Shown piece by piece: positions 39,695 through 51,534 of a DNA stretch of 64,000 bases; within the stretch, counting starts at the first letter, position 1, and each line of letters starts with the position of its first letter. The DNA comes from Mobula hypostoma (Eukaryota). The position numbers were made by a program, and so were the translations under genes. The notes below the pieces were generated by a model. The model searched no databases, was not told the origin of the DNA, and saw only the letters and a list, made by a program, of their open reading frames with translations. The DNA lies in the NCBI RefSeq assembly GCF_963921235.1, contig NC_086097.1, forward strand, positions 231,882,001-231,946,000, written 5' to 3'.

Positions 39695-41135
39695 TCCATG
39701 GGCACATACAGAACAGGCAGAGACGAAGGAACGAGTGTCAGTATCCATGGAGGGCCACCAGAAATGTCTCTTCAGGAGGGACTGAGTTCGATCAATTCCG
39801 GGATGGCAGGCGAAACGAGAAGTATGCCCCCGCTGCAGAACCTGAGACTGAACTGAGTCAGGCACAAAGAGGTGATTGGGGGGGGGGTCCATTGCCTGGG
39901 TCAGGTTGAGTCCGTTGGGCCCCTTTGACTATGGATTCGATCTCCAGGTGAGGGCAGCCAACACACAGGATGGTGGAAGGATGGTATCGGGGTTGGAAAG
40001 ACCCCCCTTGGAGATGTATTGACAAGAGAGAGCGTCTGGCTTCCTGTTCTTGGAGCCAGGATGGTAGGTGAGGGTGAATTTGAAACGGCCAAAAAATAAT
40101 GCCCAACAGGCTTGGCGGGAATTAAGGCGTTTAGCGGTTTGGATGTATGCCAGGCTCTTATGGTCCATCCAGACGATGAATGGATGTTCAGCTCCCTCCA
40201 GCCAGTGCCTCCACTCTTCCAAAGCTAGTTTGATGGCCAGTAACTCCCATATCCCAACGTCGTAGTTCCGTTCGGTGGGGGATAGACGGCGAGAGAAGAA
40301 GGGGCAGAGGTGGAGCTTTTGGTCTGGGACGGAGCGTTGGGAGAGGACCGCTCCCACTCCAGAGTCAGAGGCATCAACTTCCACAATGAATTGGCGAGAG
40401 GAGTCAGGTTGGGCCAGGATGGGAGCGGAGGTGAAACGCCTCTTTAGCTCCGAGAAGGCTGAGTCCGCTTCGGGGTCCCAGTGAAAAGGGGTCGCAGGAG
40501 AGGTGAGTTGAGTAAGGGGCGCTGCCACCCAGCTGTAATCCCTGATTAAGCAACGGTAGTAGTTTGCGAACCCCAGAAATCGCTGGAGTTGCTTGAGCGG
40601 TCTGGGTTTTGGCCACTGTACCACTGCCCGGATCTTTTTGGGATCTGCCCTCACCTGCCCGCTGTCAATGATGTAACCCAGGAAACTGACAGAAGGAACA
40701 TGGAACTCGCACTTCTCTGCCTTAACGAATAGCTTTTTCTCCAAAAGCCTCTGAAGAACCTGACAGACATGGTGGCTGTGTTCCTGAAGACTGCGGGAGA
40801 AGATTAGGATGTCGTCCAAATAAATGAAAACAAAATGGTTAATAAAGTCCCTAAGGACATCATTTACCAGGGCTTGGAAAATGGCAGGGGCATTGGTAAG
40901 ACCGAATGACATGACCGGATATTCAAAATGACCGAGGGGGATGTTAAAAGCTGTATTCCATTTTCTCCCTCCCTTATCCTGATCAGTTGATAGGCACTCC
41001 GCAGGTCCAACTTAGAGAAAATTGTGGCTCCATGAAGGGGCTCGAAAGCAGAGTTGATAAGGGGCAGGGGATACTTATTGTTTATGGTGATGCTGTTCAG
41101 GCCACGGTAGTCAATGCAGGGGCACAGTGAGCCGT
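39692..41135 (-). pseudogene. pol: Inverted pol core: RT (YLDD), RNase H, integrase zinc-binding region
   Basis: [48 protein letters not shown]...CSVCAHGK, all on the strand opposite to the rest of the provirus. Confidence 0.93.
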
Positions 41136-43084
41136 AGCCACAAGGGCCATATCTAACTCCCTCTTAAATATAGCCAATGAACTGGCCTCAACTGTTTCCT
41201 GTGGCAGAGAATTCCACAGATTCACCACTCTCTGCGTGAAGAAGTTTTTCCTAATCTCGGTCCGAAAAGGCTTTCCCTCTATCCTCAAACGGTGGCCCCT
41301 CGTTCTGGACTTCCCCAACATCGGGAACAATCTTCCTGCATCTAGCCTGTCCAATCCCTTTAGGATCTTATACGTTTCAATCAGATCCCCCCCTCAATCT
41401 TCTAAATTCCAACGAGTACAAGCCCAGTTCATCCAGTCTTTCTTCATATGAAAGTCCTGCCATCCCAGGAATCAATCTGGTGAATCTTCTTTGTACTCCC
41501 TCTATGGCAAAGATGTCTTTCCTCAGATTAGGGGACCAAAACTGCACACAATACTCCAGGTGTGGTCTCACCAAGGCCTTGTACAACTGCAGTAGAACCT
41601 CCCTGCTCCTGTACTTGAATCCTCTCGCTATAAATGCCAGCATACCATTCGCCTTTTTCACCGCCTGCTGTACCTGCATGCCCACTTTCAATGACTGGTA
41701 TATAATGACACCCAGGTCTCGTTGCACCTCCCCTGTTCCTAATCGGCCACCATTCAGATAATAATCTGTTTTCCTATTTTTGCCACCAAAGTGGATAACT
41801 TCACATTTATCCACATTAAATTGCATCTGCCATGAATTTGCCCACTCACCCAACCTATCCAAGTCACCCTGCATCCTCTTAGCATCCTCCTCACTGCTAA
41901 CACTGCCACCCAGCTTCGTGTCATCCGCAAACTTGGAGATGCTGCATTTAATTCCCTCATCCAAGTCATTAATATATATTGTAAACAACTGGGGTCCCAG
42001 CACTGAGCCTTGCGGTACCCCACTAGTCACCGCCTTCTGAAAAGGTCCCGTTTATTCCCACTCTTTGCTTCCTGTCTGCTAACCAATTCTCCACCCACAC
42101 CAATACCTTACCCCCAATACCGTGTGCTTTAAGTTTGCACACTAATCTCCTGTGTGGGACCTTGTCAAAAGCCTTTTGAAAATCCAGATATACCACATCC
42201 ACTGGTTCTCCCCTATCCACTCTACTAGTTACATCCTCAAAAAATTCTATGAGATTCGTCAGACATGATTTTCCTTTCACAAATCCATGCTGACTTTGTC
42301 CGATCATTTCACCGTTTTCCAAATGTGCTGTTATCACATCCTTGATAACTGACTCCAGCAGTTTCCCCACCACCGACGTTAGGCTAACCGGTCTATAATT
42401 CCCCGGTTTCTCTCTCCCTCCTTTTTTAAAAAGTGGGGTTACATTAGCCACCCTCCAATCCTCAGGAACTCGCCCAGAATCTAACGAGTTTTGAAAAATT
42501 ATCACTAATGCATCCACTATTTCTTGGGCTACTTCCTTAAGCACTCTAGGATGCAGACCATCTGGCCCTGGGGATTTATCTGCCTTCAATCCCTTCAATT
42601 TACCTAACACCACTTCCCTACTAACATGTATTTCGCTCAGTTCCTCCATCTCACTGGACCCTCTGTCCCTTACTATTTCTGCAAGATTATTTATGTCCTC
42701 CTTAGTGAAGACAGAACCAAAGTAATTATTCAATTGGTCTGCCATGTCCTTGCTCCCCATAATCAATTCACCTGTTTCTGTCTGCAGGGGACCTACATTT
42801 GTCTTTACCAGTCTTTTCCTTTTTACATATCTATAAAAGCTTTTACAGTCCGTTTTTATGTTCCCTGCCAGTGTTCTCTCATAATCTTTTTTCCCCTTCC
42901 TAATTAAGCCTTTTGTCCTCTTCTGCTGAACTCTGAATTTCTCCCAGTCCTCAGGTGAGCCACTTTCTCTGGCTAATTTGTATGCTTCTTCTTTGGAATT
43001 GATACTATCCCTAATTTCTCTTGTCAGCCACGGGTGCACTACCTTCCTTGATTTATTCTTTTGCCAAACTGGGATGAACAATTG
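41132..43084 (-). mobile_element. Young CR1 copy B (right arm), lacking 3' UTR and tail
   Basis: ORFs 42023..43120, 41377..42030 and 41097..41354; 5-nt deletion near 42035. Confidence 0.96.
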
Positions 43085-44190
43085 AAAGCCTCCCAACGAC
43101 CACCTGCTGGGTTGCTTCATCCCCTACCCATCCCTGGCTGCCCTTGGTCCCACGTTGCTCTGGATTTCGTTACTGGACTACCCCCTTCACATGGGAACAC
43201 TGCTGTACTCACCATGGTGGACCGTTTCTTCAGAGCCGAGCACTTCCTAGCCCATCCGAAACTTCCTACAGCCCGTGAAACAGCCGACCTCCTTGTCCAT
43301 CACATCTTCTGCCTTCATGGATTTCCCTTTGACATTGTTTCTGACCGGGGCCCCCAAGTCTGGAGATCCTTTTGCCAAGCCCTTGGAGACTCAGTAAGCC
43401 TGCCTTCCGGCTTCCATCTGCAGACTAATAGTCAAACAGAACAAGCAAACCAGGATCTGGAAGCAGCACTGAGCTGCATATCTGCCAACAACCCGTCATC
43501 CTGGAGCACCCATCTCACTTGGGTGGAGTACGCCCACAACTCCCTGGTTAGCAGCGTCACCGGAATGTCTCCCTACGAATGCTCCCTTGGTTACCAACCC
43601 CCTCTGTTTCCTGCACGTGAGGACAACATTGCTATGCCTTCTGTTCAAGCCCATCTCTGCTGGTGCCGCAGGATCTGGAAGGATGCACGCTCGGCCTTGC
43701 TCCGCTCAGCTCACCGCAATCAGAGGATTGCCGATCGCCGTCAAATTCTTGCCCTTAATTATCGGCCTGGTCAGAAGGTTTGGCTCTCTTTAAAAGACAT
43801 CCCCCTCAAGAATGAACCCAAGAAACTCGCCCCTCATTACCTCGGACCATTCGAGATTGAGAGTATCATCGACCCCTCAATAGTCAGACTCAAACTGCCC
43901 AGATCCATGCACATTCATCCCACATTCCACGTATCTCAACTGAAACCTGTGTCTGACATCCCTTTGTGCCCTCCTACTGAACCTCCTCCACCCGCCCGGA
44001 TCGTTGACGATTACCCAGCTTACACCGTCCGGTGAATACTGGATGTGCGCCACCGAGGCAGGGATCTCCAGTACCTGGTCCATTGGGAGGGATACAATCC
44101 TGAGGAACGCACCTGGATTCCCTGCTCCTTCATCCTGGACCCTTCCCTCATCCGAGATTTCCATCCAGACAACCAGGACAAGCCTGGTGG
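43085..44190 (+). pseudogene. pol: pol 3' part: integrase core, GPY/F motif, chromodomain
   Basis: [47 protein letters not shown]. Confidence 0.92.
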
Positions 44191-44219
44191 TTCGCCTGGA
44201 GAATCCCATTGGGGGGTAC

Positions 44220-44692
44220 TGTCACGGTGCCGACCATTAATTCCCTATTTTCTACTAATTTCCTTTGATGGCGACACAGCTGGTTTTCATCAAGACCTGC
44301 AGCATAAGAAACCCAGCTTTGCACCCATTAGTTGCCAGATTGTTGGTTTTGTCAGTGCAGTAATTAACGTTTTCCGGCCGCTTAGGATTGTGTGTTCTAA
44401 TTTTTGCTTCAGTACCAAGATTTACCTGTGAAACTCAGTCTCTCCATGTTAAGATAAGTAATCCAAGTTTTACTTCAGCACCGAGGTTTACCTGTGTAAC
44501 TCGGTCTCTCGGTACTAAGAAAAGTTTTGTCTGCCACTTTCCTTTCTACACTGTGTCAAGATATGTTCTGCCTGCCTCCTGCTTTCCTGCCCTCCCTCCT
44601 GTTTGCCGTTCAACGCTCACGCCCACGTCTGCATCCTAACTCAATCTCCGTGCCTGTGTCCTGCGATTGGGTTCGTCCCGTTCATTGCAACA
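44220..44692 (+). repeat. 3' LTR of the chromovirus
   Basis: tgtcacgg...ttgcaaca following the PPT. Confidence 0.93.
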
Positions 44693-44967
44693 GAAATTTC
44701 TGGTTGGCCTTGAATCCTTCTGAATGCAAGGTGACCACAGGAGTAGATGGAGGAAGCAACTACCTGCCTAAGAAGGGATTATATCAAAGTAAATTTGCAA
44801 GAAGCTTTGAATCATTTTTCCATAGGACCTGTTTCTTGAAAGTACATGCATCTCAGGAAGACTACCAAGAGTTCCATGATTTGCTAAAGTTTTAGTCTTC
44901 ATTCCCTGCACTTTCACCGAATGCCTCTGTAGCCTTCACCATGCATGGGAGTCAACTGGAAGTGGTA

Positions 44968-45215
44968 CAAACACAAGAAAATCTGAGGATGCTGGAAATC
45001 CAAGCAACACACTCAAATGAGAGAACATCTGCAGATGCTGGAAATCAACTCAGCAGGTCAGGCAGCATCTATGGAAAAGAGTAAACAGTCGACGTTTCGG
45101 ATTTAGTCCCTTAATCACAACAGGCCCTGATGAAGGGTCTTGGCCCGAAACGTCGACTATTTACTCTTTTCCATAGATGCTGCCTGGCCTTCTGGGTTCC
45201 TCCAGCATTTTGTGA
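44968..45215. mobile_element. Inverted pair of Penelope-like termini
   Basis: 50-bp arms 45051-45100 and 45145-45194 with 3 mismatches. Confidence 0.75.
45121..45160 (+). ncRNA. Minimal type I hammerhead ribozyme-like motif (stem I degenerate)
   Basis: CTGATGA-a-GGGT cttg GCCC-GAAA-CGTC; core nucleotides intact. Confidence 0.6.
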
Positions 45216-45384
45216 GTGGTTCAAATGTTAATACTCTGCATAAAGCTCTGCTGAAGTGTTGCCTCACAGTGCATTGCCCTTTAATGAAAATCTGAGTACT
45301 TTCTTCTTGATCTCAAACAAATAAATCGTCATGGTAGTATTATTAAATAATGATCTATCATTTGCGGATCTATCATCTACCCTT

Positions 45385-46190
45385 CCTGATTGTGGACTTC
45401 AGGAAGGATATGACGAAGGAACACATACCAATCCTCATAGAGGGATCAGAAGTGGAGAGAGTGAGCAGCTTCAAGTTCCTGTGTGTCAAGATCTCTGAGG
45501 ATCTAACCTGGTCCCAGCATATTGATGTAGTTATAAAGAAGGCAAGACAGCAGCTATACTTCATTAGGAGTTTGAAGAGATTTGGCATGTCAACAAATAT
45601 ACTCAAAAACTTCTATATATTTACCGTGGAGAACATTCTGACAGGCTGCATCACTGTTTGGTATGGGGGGGGGGCGCGGGTGCTATTGCAGAGGACCGAA
45701 AGAAGCTGCAGAAGGTTGTAAATCTAGTCAACTCCATCTTGGATACTAGCCTACAAAGTACCCAGGACATCTTCAGGGAGCGGTGTCTCAGAAAGGCAGT
45801 GTCCATTATAAAGGACCTCCAGCACCCAGGACATGCCCTTTTCTCATTATTACCATCAGGTAGGAAGTACAGAAGCCTGAAGACACACACTCAGCAATTC
45901 AGAAACAGCCTCTTCCCCTCTGCATTCCGATTCCTAAATGGACATTGAACCCTTTTTCGCTACCTCACTTTTTTTTTAATATACAGTATTTCTGTTTTTT
46001 GCACATTTTTTAATCTATTCAATATACATATACTGTAATTTATTTATTTATTATTATTTCATTTTATTTAGTATTATTATTTTTAATTTTTTCCTCTGCT
46101 AGATTATGTGTTGCATTGAACTGCTACTGCTAAGTTAACAAATTTCACGTCACATGCCGGTGATAATAAACTTGATTCTGATTCTGAGTC
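45385..46190 (+). mobile_element. Rex1-type LINE 3' fragment
   Basis: VSSFKFL, KKARQQLYFIRSL, HPGHALFSLLPSGRKYRS; AATAAA followed by a (TGATTC)n tail. Confidence 0.88.
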
Positions 46191-46359
46191 TGATCATTTG
46201 AAAGTTTCTTATCATTAGCAAATAATTGTGTAGTTGAGATTGAAAGTCAGCTACTATGAGAATGCATTAAATTAATTATATTAATGGAATTGTCTGTTGT
46301 ACCTTCCCTGCATCCTTCCTTCTACCAAAGAAATAAAAATAGTTGCATCCTCGTCTAAA

Positions 46360-46428
46360 CATGGGGTTTCCCAACCTGGGGTTCACAGACCCTTTGGTTA
46401 ATGGTATAAAAATAGTTGGGATCCCCTG
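46360..46428. mobile_element. Short hAT-type MITE
   Basis: TIR-like ggggtttcccaacc / gttgggatcccctg; imperfect 8-bp TSD gtctaaac / atctaaat; related copy at 51291-51369. Confidence 0.6.
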
Positions 46429-47096
46429 ATCTAAATTAATGATGAAAATAGTGTAAGGTTTTAACTCCATTGCGGTGCCTGCTACGATTTGCTTAATCAG
46501 GATTCAAATTGAATTAATTTCTTGTAACAATCTAGTAAACCAAACAAGATAACTGTCTTACAACTTTCTGAAATTTAACTTTTCCTAATAATTATTTTTG
46601 GAAGTTATATCATGTCAATAGGATTACCTTAACCCACTATTTTCATTACAGTCCTCTCCAAAACAAAATTCAGTCAAGTTAGTGAGTCTGTGCAGTGTTT
46701 ATGAGACCATGTTGGACATCACGAATAATATTCCATATAAAAATATAATATATCCTGAATAATTCTTGCTGACAGCTTCAACAGTTGAGGTCAGATTCAT
46801 GCATCTATAACCGCTATTGGAAGCTTTTCTCTTTCTTAAAATATTGGGACTGTCTCCATTCTTGGACTCCAACATGAATCTCAATGATTAGATAAACCAG
46901 AGACTCTCATAAAATATTTCCAGCTTACCTAAGTGCTCAGTGAAAAAAGCATTGGCTAGAAAACAATGTCAATCTTAATTCCAATAATTTTCACTAAAAT
47001 GTTGCAGTGGTAATTTCAAATAGAGTAATTACATTTAGGTATCCATTTGATATACAAACATTATTGCATTGCCTTCAGAACCAAATGCTGATACAT

Positions 47097-47703
47097 TATT
47101 TAGATTATGACACGTAGTCCTCTTTTATTGTCATTTAGTAATGCATGCATTAAGAAATGATACATTATTTCCTCTGGTGTGATATCACAAAACACAGGAC
47201 AGACCAAGACTGAAAAAACTGACAAAACCTCATAATTATAACATATAGTTACAACAGTGCAACAATACCATAACTTGATGAAGAAGTCCGTGAGCACAGT
47301 AAAGTTCAAAGTTTCTCAAATGTCCCACATCTCACGCAGATGGAAGAAGGAAGAAAAACTCGCCCTGCCATACCGACCACAATCCGACTCTGAGTCATCC
47401 GAAAACTTCGAGCTCTGGTCAGCTCTCCGACACCGAGTACTGAGTGCCATCTCTGTCCGAACGATTTGACCTCCTTCTTGGTCACCAAAAGCAGGCAAGG
47501 CTGGGGATTTTGAGGCCCACCCTCCAAAAGATTCCCGACCACACAGTAACGACAGCAGCGAACGGGCGTTTCAGAAATTTCTCCAGATGTTCCTCTGTGC
47601 TTTCACGTCCATTCTCCATCAAATCAGAATTGTCCACGGCCCCTATTTAACAGATACAATATAATTTTTCATCGGAGGGCTGCGCACACGCGGGCGCGCC
47701 GCC
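47097..47703 (-). mobile_element. Non-autonomous short retroposon, copy 2
   Basis: Homologous to 9825-10518, nearly identical to 63633-64000. Confidence 0.8.
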
Positions 47704-47749
47704 AAATTTATTTCTTTGATCTATTTTATTTAGAGATACGACATGTTAT

Positions 47750-48320
47750 CTCTAAATAGAGAGAAAATTCAAAAAATCTGAAGCGCAAAGAGACTTGGGA
47801 CCTCTTGTGTAGGATTCCCTAAAGGTTAATTTTCAGGTTGAGTCTGTGGTGAGGAATGCAAATGCAATGTTGGCATTCATTTTGAGAGGACTAGAATATA
47901 AAAGCAAGGATGTAATGTTGAGGCTGTAAAAGGCACTGTGAGACCTCATGGAGTATTGTGAGCAGCATTGGACTCCTTATCTAAGAAAGGATGAGCTGAC
48001 ATGCGGAGAGGGTTCAAAGGAGGCTCACAAAATGATTCCAGGATTGAAAGGTTTATCATATGCAGACCGTTTGACGGCTCTGGGCTCAGAGAATGGTGAA
48101 TGTGTGGAATTAATTGCCACAGGTGACTGTAGAGGCCAAGTCATTGGATACATTTAAGGCAGAAGTTAATAGGTTCTTGATTAATCAGGGCATGAAGGGT
48201 CTGTGGAGAAGACAGGAGACTGGAGGTGAGAAGGAAAACAGATCAGCAATGATGAAATGGCAGATCAGGCTCAATAGACCAAATAGCCTAATTCTGTCCT
48301 ATATCTTATGGTCTTATGGT
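47750..48320 (+). mobile_element. Old CR1 3' fragment with internal deletion
   Basis: EYCEQHWTPYLRKD; (TCTTATGG)n tail. Confidence 0.8.
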
Positions 48321-48344
48321 TACGGGCCCTTCTGGTCCAATGAA

Positions 48345-49735
48345 CCCAAATTCAAATTCAAAGTAAACATTATCAAAGTGGGTATATGTCAACATACCTG
48401 TATATTATGAGATTCAATTTCTTGAGGGTATTCTCAGAAGATACACAGAAGTATAAATGGAATTAATTAAAAACTTCACACAAAGACAAACAACCAATGT
48501 GCAAAATAAGACAAACTCTGTGATAAAATAAGAACACATACTATTAATACTCAATAAATAAGTAATAAATAATACTGAGATATAAGCTGGAGAGTGAGTT
48601 CTTAGGTTATGGAATAAGTTCATTGCTGAGGTGATTGAAGTTATCCATATTGGTTCAGGAGCCTGATGGTTGAGAGGTAATAACTGTTCCTGAACCTGAT
48701 GATGTGTGATGTAAGGTTCCTGTACCTCCCTCCCGAAGGCAGCAGCCAGAAGAGGGCATTGCCTGGATGGAGAGGGTCTTTGATGATGCTGGCTGCTTCC
48801 TTGTGGCATCACTCTTTGTAGATGTTCCCACAGATGGGGAGGGCTTTTCCTGTAATGGAATGGGGTTATTCCCTACCTTTTGTAGGCTTTTCCATTCGTA
48901 GGCATTGGTGTTTCCATACCTGGCTGTGATGCCCCCAGTCAGGATATTCTCCGCTGTGCATTTATAGAAGTTTGTCAAGTTTTTAGATGACATGCCAAAT
49001 CTTTGCAAACTTTTAAGAAGGTAGAGGTGGTGCTGTGACTTTGTAATACCTCTTAAGTGCTGGTCCCATGCCACCCAATTAACCTACTAGGCAATACGTC
49101 GTTTCGAACGTGGGAGGAAACTGGTACACCCAGAGGAAACCACGTAGTCACAGGCAGAACATACAACTTATTGACCAACAGTGGTGGAATTAGAACTGGG
49201 TGCTTTGTTGGCGCTGAAAGTGTGGTGACACTAGTGCAATTCTTGGTGATTTGATTTGATGCAATTAATGCAGTTCACTGTTAGCTTTGATGTTTCAATG
49301 TACACATGGCAAATGACACTGATCTTTATCTTTATCATAGTCATAGTCACAGTCATAGTCATAGTCAAACTTTATTGATCCTGGGGGAAATTGGTTTTCA
49401 TTACAGTTGCACCATAAATAATTAAATAGTAATATGTAAATTATGCCAGGAAATAAGTCCAGGACCATCCTATTGGCTCAGGGTGTCTGACCCTCCAAGG
49501 GAGGAGTTGTAAAGTTTGATGGCCACAGGCAGGAATGACTTTCTATGACGCTCTGTGTTGCATCTCGGTGGAATGAGTCTCTGGCTGAATGTACTCCTGT
49601 GCCCAACCAGTACATTATGTAGTGGATGGGAGACATTGTCCAAGATGGCATGCAACTTGGACAGCATCCTCTTTTCAGACATCACCGTCAGAGAGTCCAG
49701 TTCCATCCCCACAACATCACTGGCCTTACGGATGA
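48345..49735 (-). mobile_element. Two Rex1-type 3' fragments (48345-49040, 49335-49735) separated by SINE remnants
   Basis: NFYKCTAENILTG; ILDNVSHPLH...RCNTERHRKSFLPVAIKLYN; (GACTAT)n tail. Confidence 0.8.
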
Positions 49736-50051
49736 GGCCCATCATAATCATAGAGTTACAGAGCATGGAAGTAGGCTCCTCAGCTCATCAAGACTACGTT
49801 AACAGCTATTTACACTAATCTTATTTTTATTCTCCCCACTTTTGCATCAACTTTTCCCAGAGGTCTGCCACTGACCTATATACTAGAGGCTATTCATAGT
49901 GGCCAGCTGGCCTACCTACCATGTTCTTATGAGAAGTGGGAGTGAACCAGAACACCCATAAATTCAGCGATAGATCTAGTCCAGCTGTGGATATTTTGAT
50001 GTCCTTTGTTCCAAATAAGCACAATTGCTCCCGATAATCCAATCATATTTT

Positions 50052-50977
50052 CTTTTCCAATATTTTTTATTGATTTCTATATAGAAAAATAGAGTCCAAG
50101 AGAATATGTATTATAAAACAAAAGAAAAAATATAATAATACCAGATACAGTATATTGAATCACATTAACAAACTCCTTACTCTATATTCATATAGAATAG
50201 ATTAATTCATATATTGGAATATAAACAATTTTATTAAAAAAAGAGATCTACACCCACTACCATAGTCGAAGCTGTTTGGGAAAAAAAAGAAAAAAACCTT
50301 ATCAGATAATAAAATATTCTATTAACCAACTTCTGTACTTTAACAAGAAGTCAAAGATTATGAAAATAATTTAAAAACGATCCCCACAAATTTTGAAAAT
50401 CTTGATTAGATTCGGAAATTGAACAACGAATCTTTTCTAAATTTAGGCATGACATAACATCCCGCAACCACCCAACATGATCAGGTGGAACAGCATCCTT
50501 CCATTTAGACAAAAGCGCCCTCCCAGCCATAAGAGAGATAGAAGCCAGAAAGTGCAAATCAGATGTCTTCAAAATGATATCTTTCCTTCCAACAATACCA
50601 AATAGGGCAGTCAAAGGATTAGGCTTAAAATTTACTTTAAAGAATACAGAAAAAGTTTGGATTACTTCCTTCCAATATTTTCCAAGACTTGGACATGTCC
50701 AAAACATATGATTAAATGAAGCTTCTCCATTGTTACACCTATCACAGTAGGGAGATATATCCATATAAAAATGGGATAACTTATCCTCGGTCACATAAAC
50801 CCTTTGAAGCACTTTAAATTGTAGGAGGGAATGACGAGTACATAACGATGAAGTATTAACCAATTTAAAAATGTCATTCCAAGTTTCTTCAGAAATTGAG
50901 GTCTGTAAATCTTGTTCCCAAAGATATTTGATTTTGTCTAAAGAATCATTTCTCATTCCCAACAACATATCATAAAT
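50052..50977 (-). mobile_element. L1-clade LINE 3' fragment with 15-bp TSD
   Basis: C-terminal CCHC CDRCNNGEASFNHMFWTCP; TSD ATCCAATCATATTTT at 50037-50051 and 50978-50992; TT/AAAA target on the minus strand. Confidence 0.9.
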
Positions 50978-51290
50978 ATCCAATCATATTTTAAGCTATC
51001 ATTTAATTCTTTAGCCACTCAAATGGATTCTACCCTTCCTGGAATTTTAATTAACCTCAGTAAAATTCCTTCATGAATACAAGTTTTCACATTTTACTCC
51101 TTTTTAAATTAACTGATTTCTAAAACCTGCAATTCTATAATTCCTCTCCAACAAGCCGACATGACCTTTAATGATCCATTGATAAATAACGTCCTTCTCT
51201 TACTCTTAAAGTTGCCAACCATTTGCTCGTAATGCCGCTCTAACAGAGTTAGAAGTTTATGTGAAATATAATTTGTATAACTAAATAGGC

Positions 51291-51369
51291 CAGGGGCTCC
51301 TTACCTGGGATCCACGGATTCTTTGGTTAATGGTAGGGGTCCATGCTATAAAAATGGTTGGGAACCCTG
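51291..51369. mobile_element. Short hAT-type MITE
   Basis: CAGGGG...ggttgggaaccctg termini; similar to 46360-46428. Confidence 0.6.
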
Positions 51370-51534
51370 TTAAAGAGTATTCTTTATTTTTCCTTCTCGA
51401 AGAAGTTTAAAAATTTAAAACCAGTGGTCCTTTCTCTTCCCAGTGACTTAACAGCCTAGCAGCATATAAAGGGAAGACATGTTCAAGCAACCTTCTTGGA
51501 GAAGCCACTTTGAAAGCAGCTGGTGTGAGCTGGA

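Larger units (their letters stand above)
35243..44692 (+). mobile_element. Gypsy chromovirus (Tf1/Sushi group) provirus with two CR1 insertions and an internal inversion
   Basis: Paired TG..CA LTRs, gag, protease, RT, RNase H, integrase, GPY/F motif, chromodomain; PPT-like GGGGGG at 44211. Confidence 0.95.

Noticed and set aside
46640..46690. Possible ~30-nt micro-exon (ttttcattacag ... gtgagt)
   Set aside because: Splice-like motifs alone are common; there is no supporting exon or recognisable peptide, so RNA-seq would be needed.
47727..47758. 12-bp perfect hairpin tatttagagata / tatctctaaata
   Set aside because: It lies at a junction of repeat fragments and is most simply explained by chance juxtaposition.
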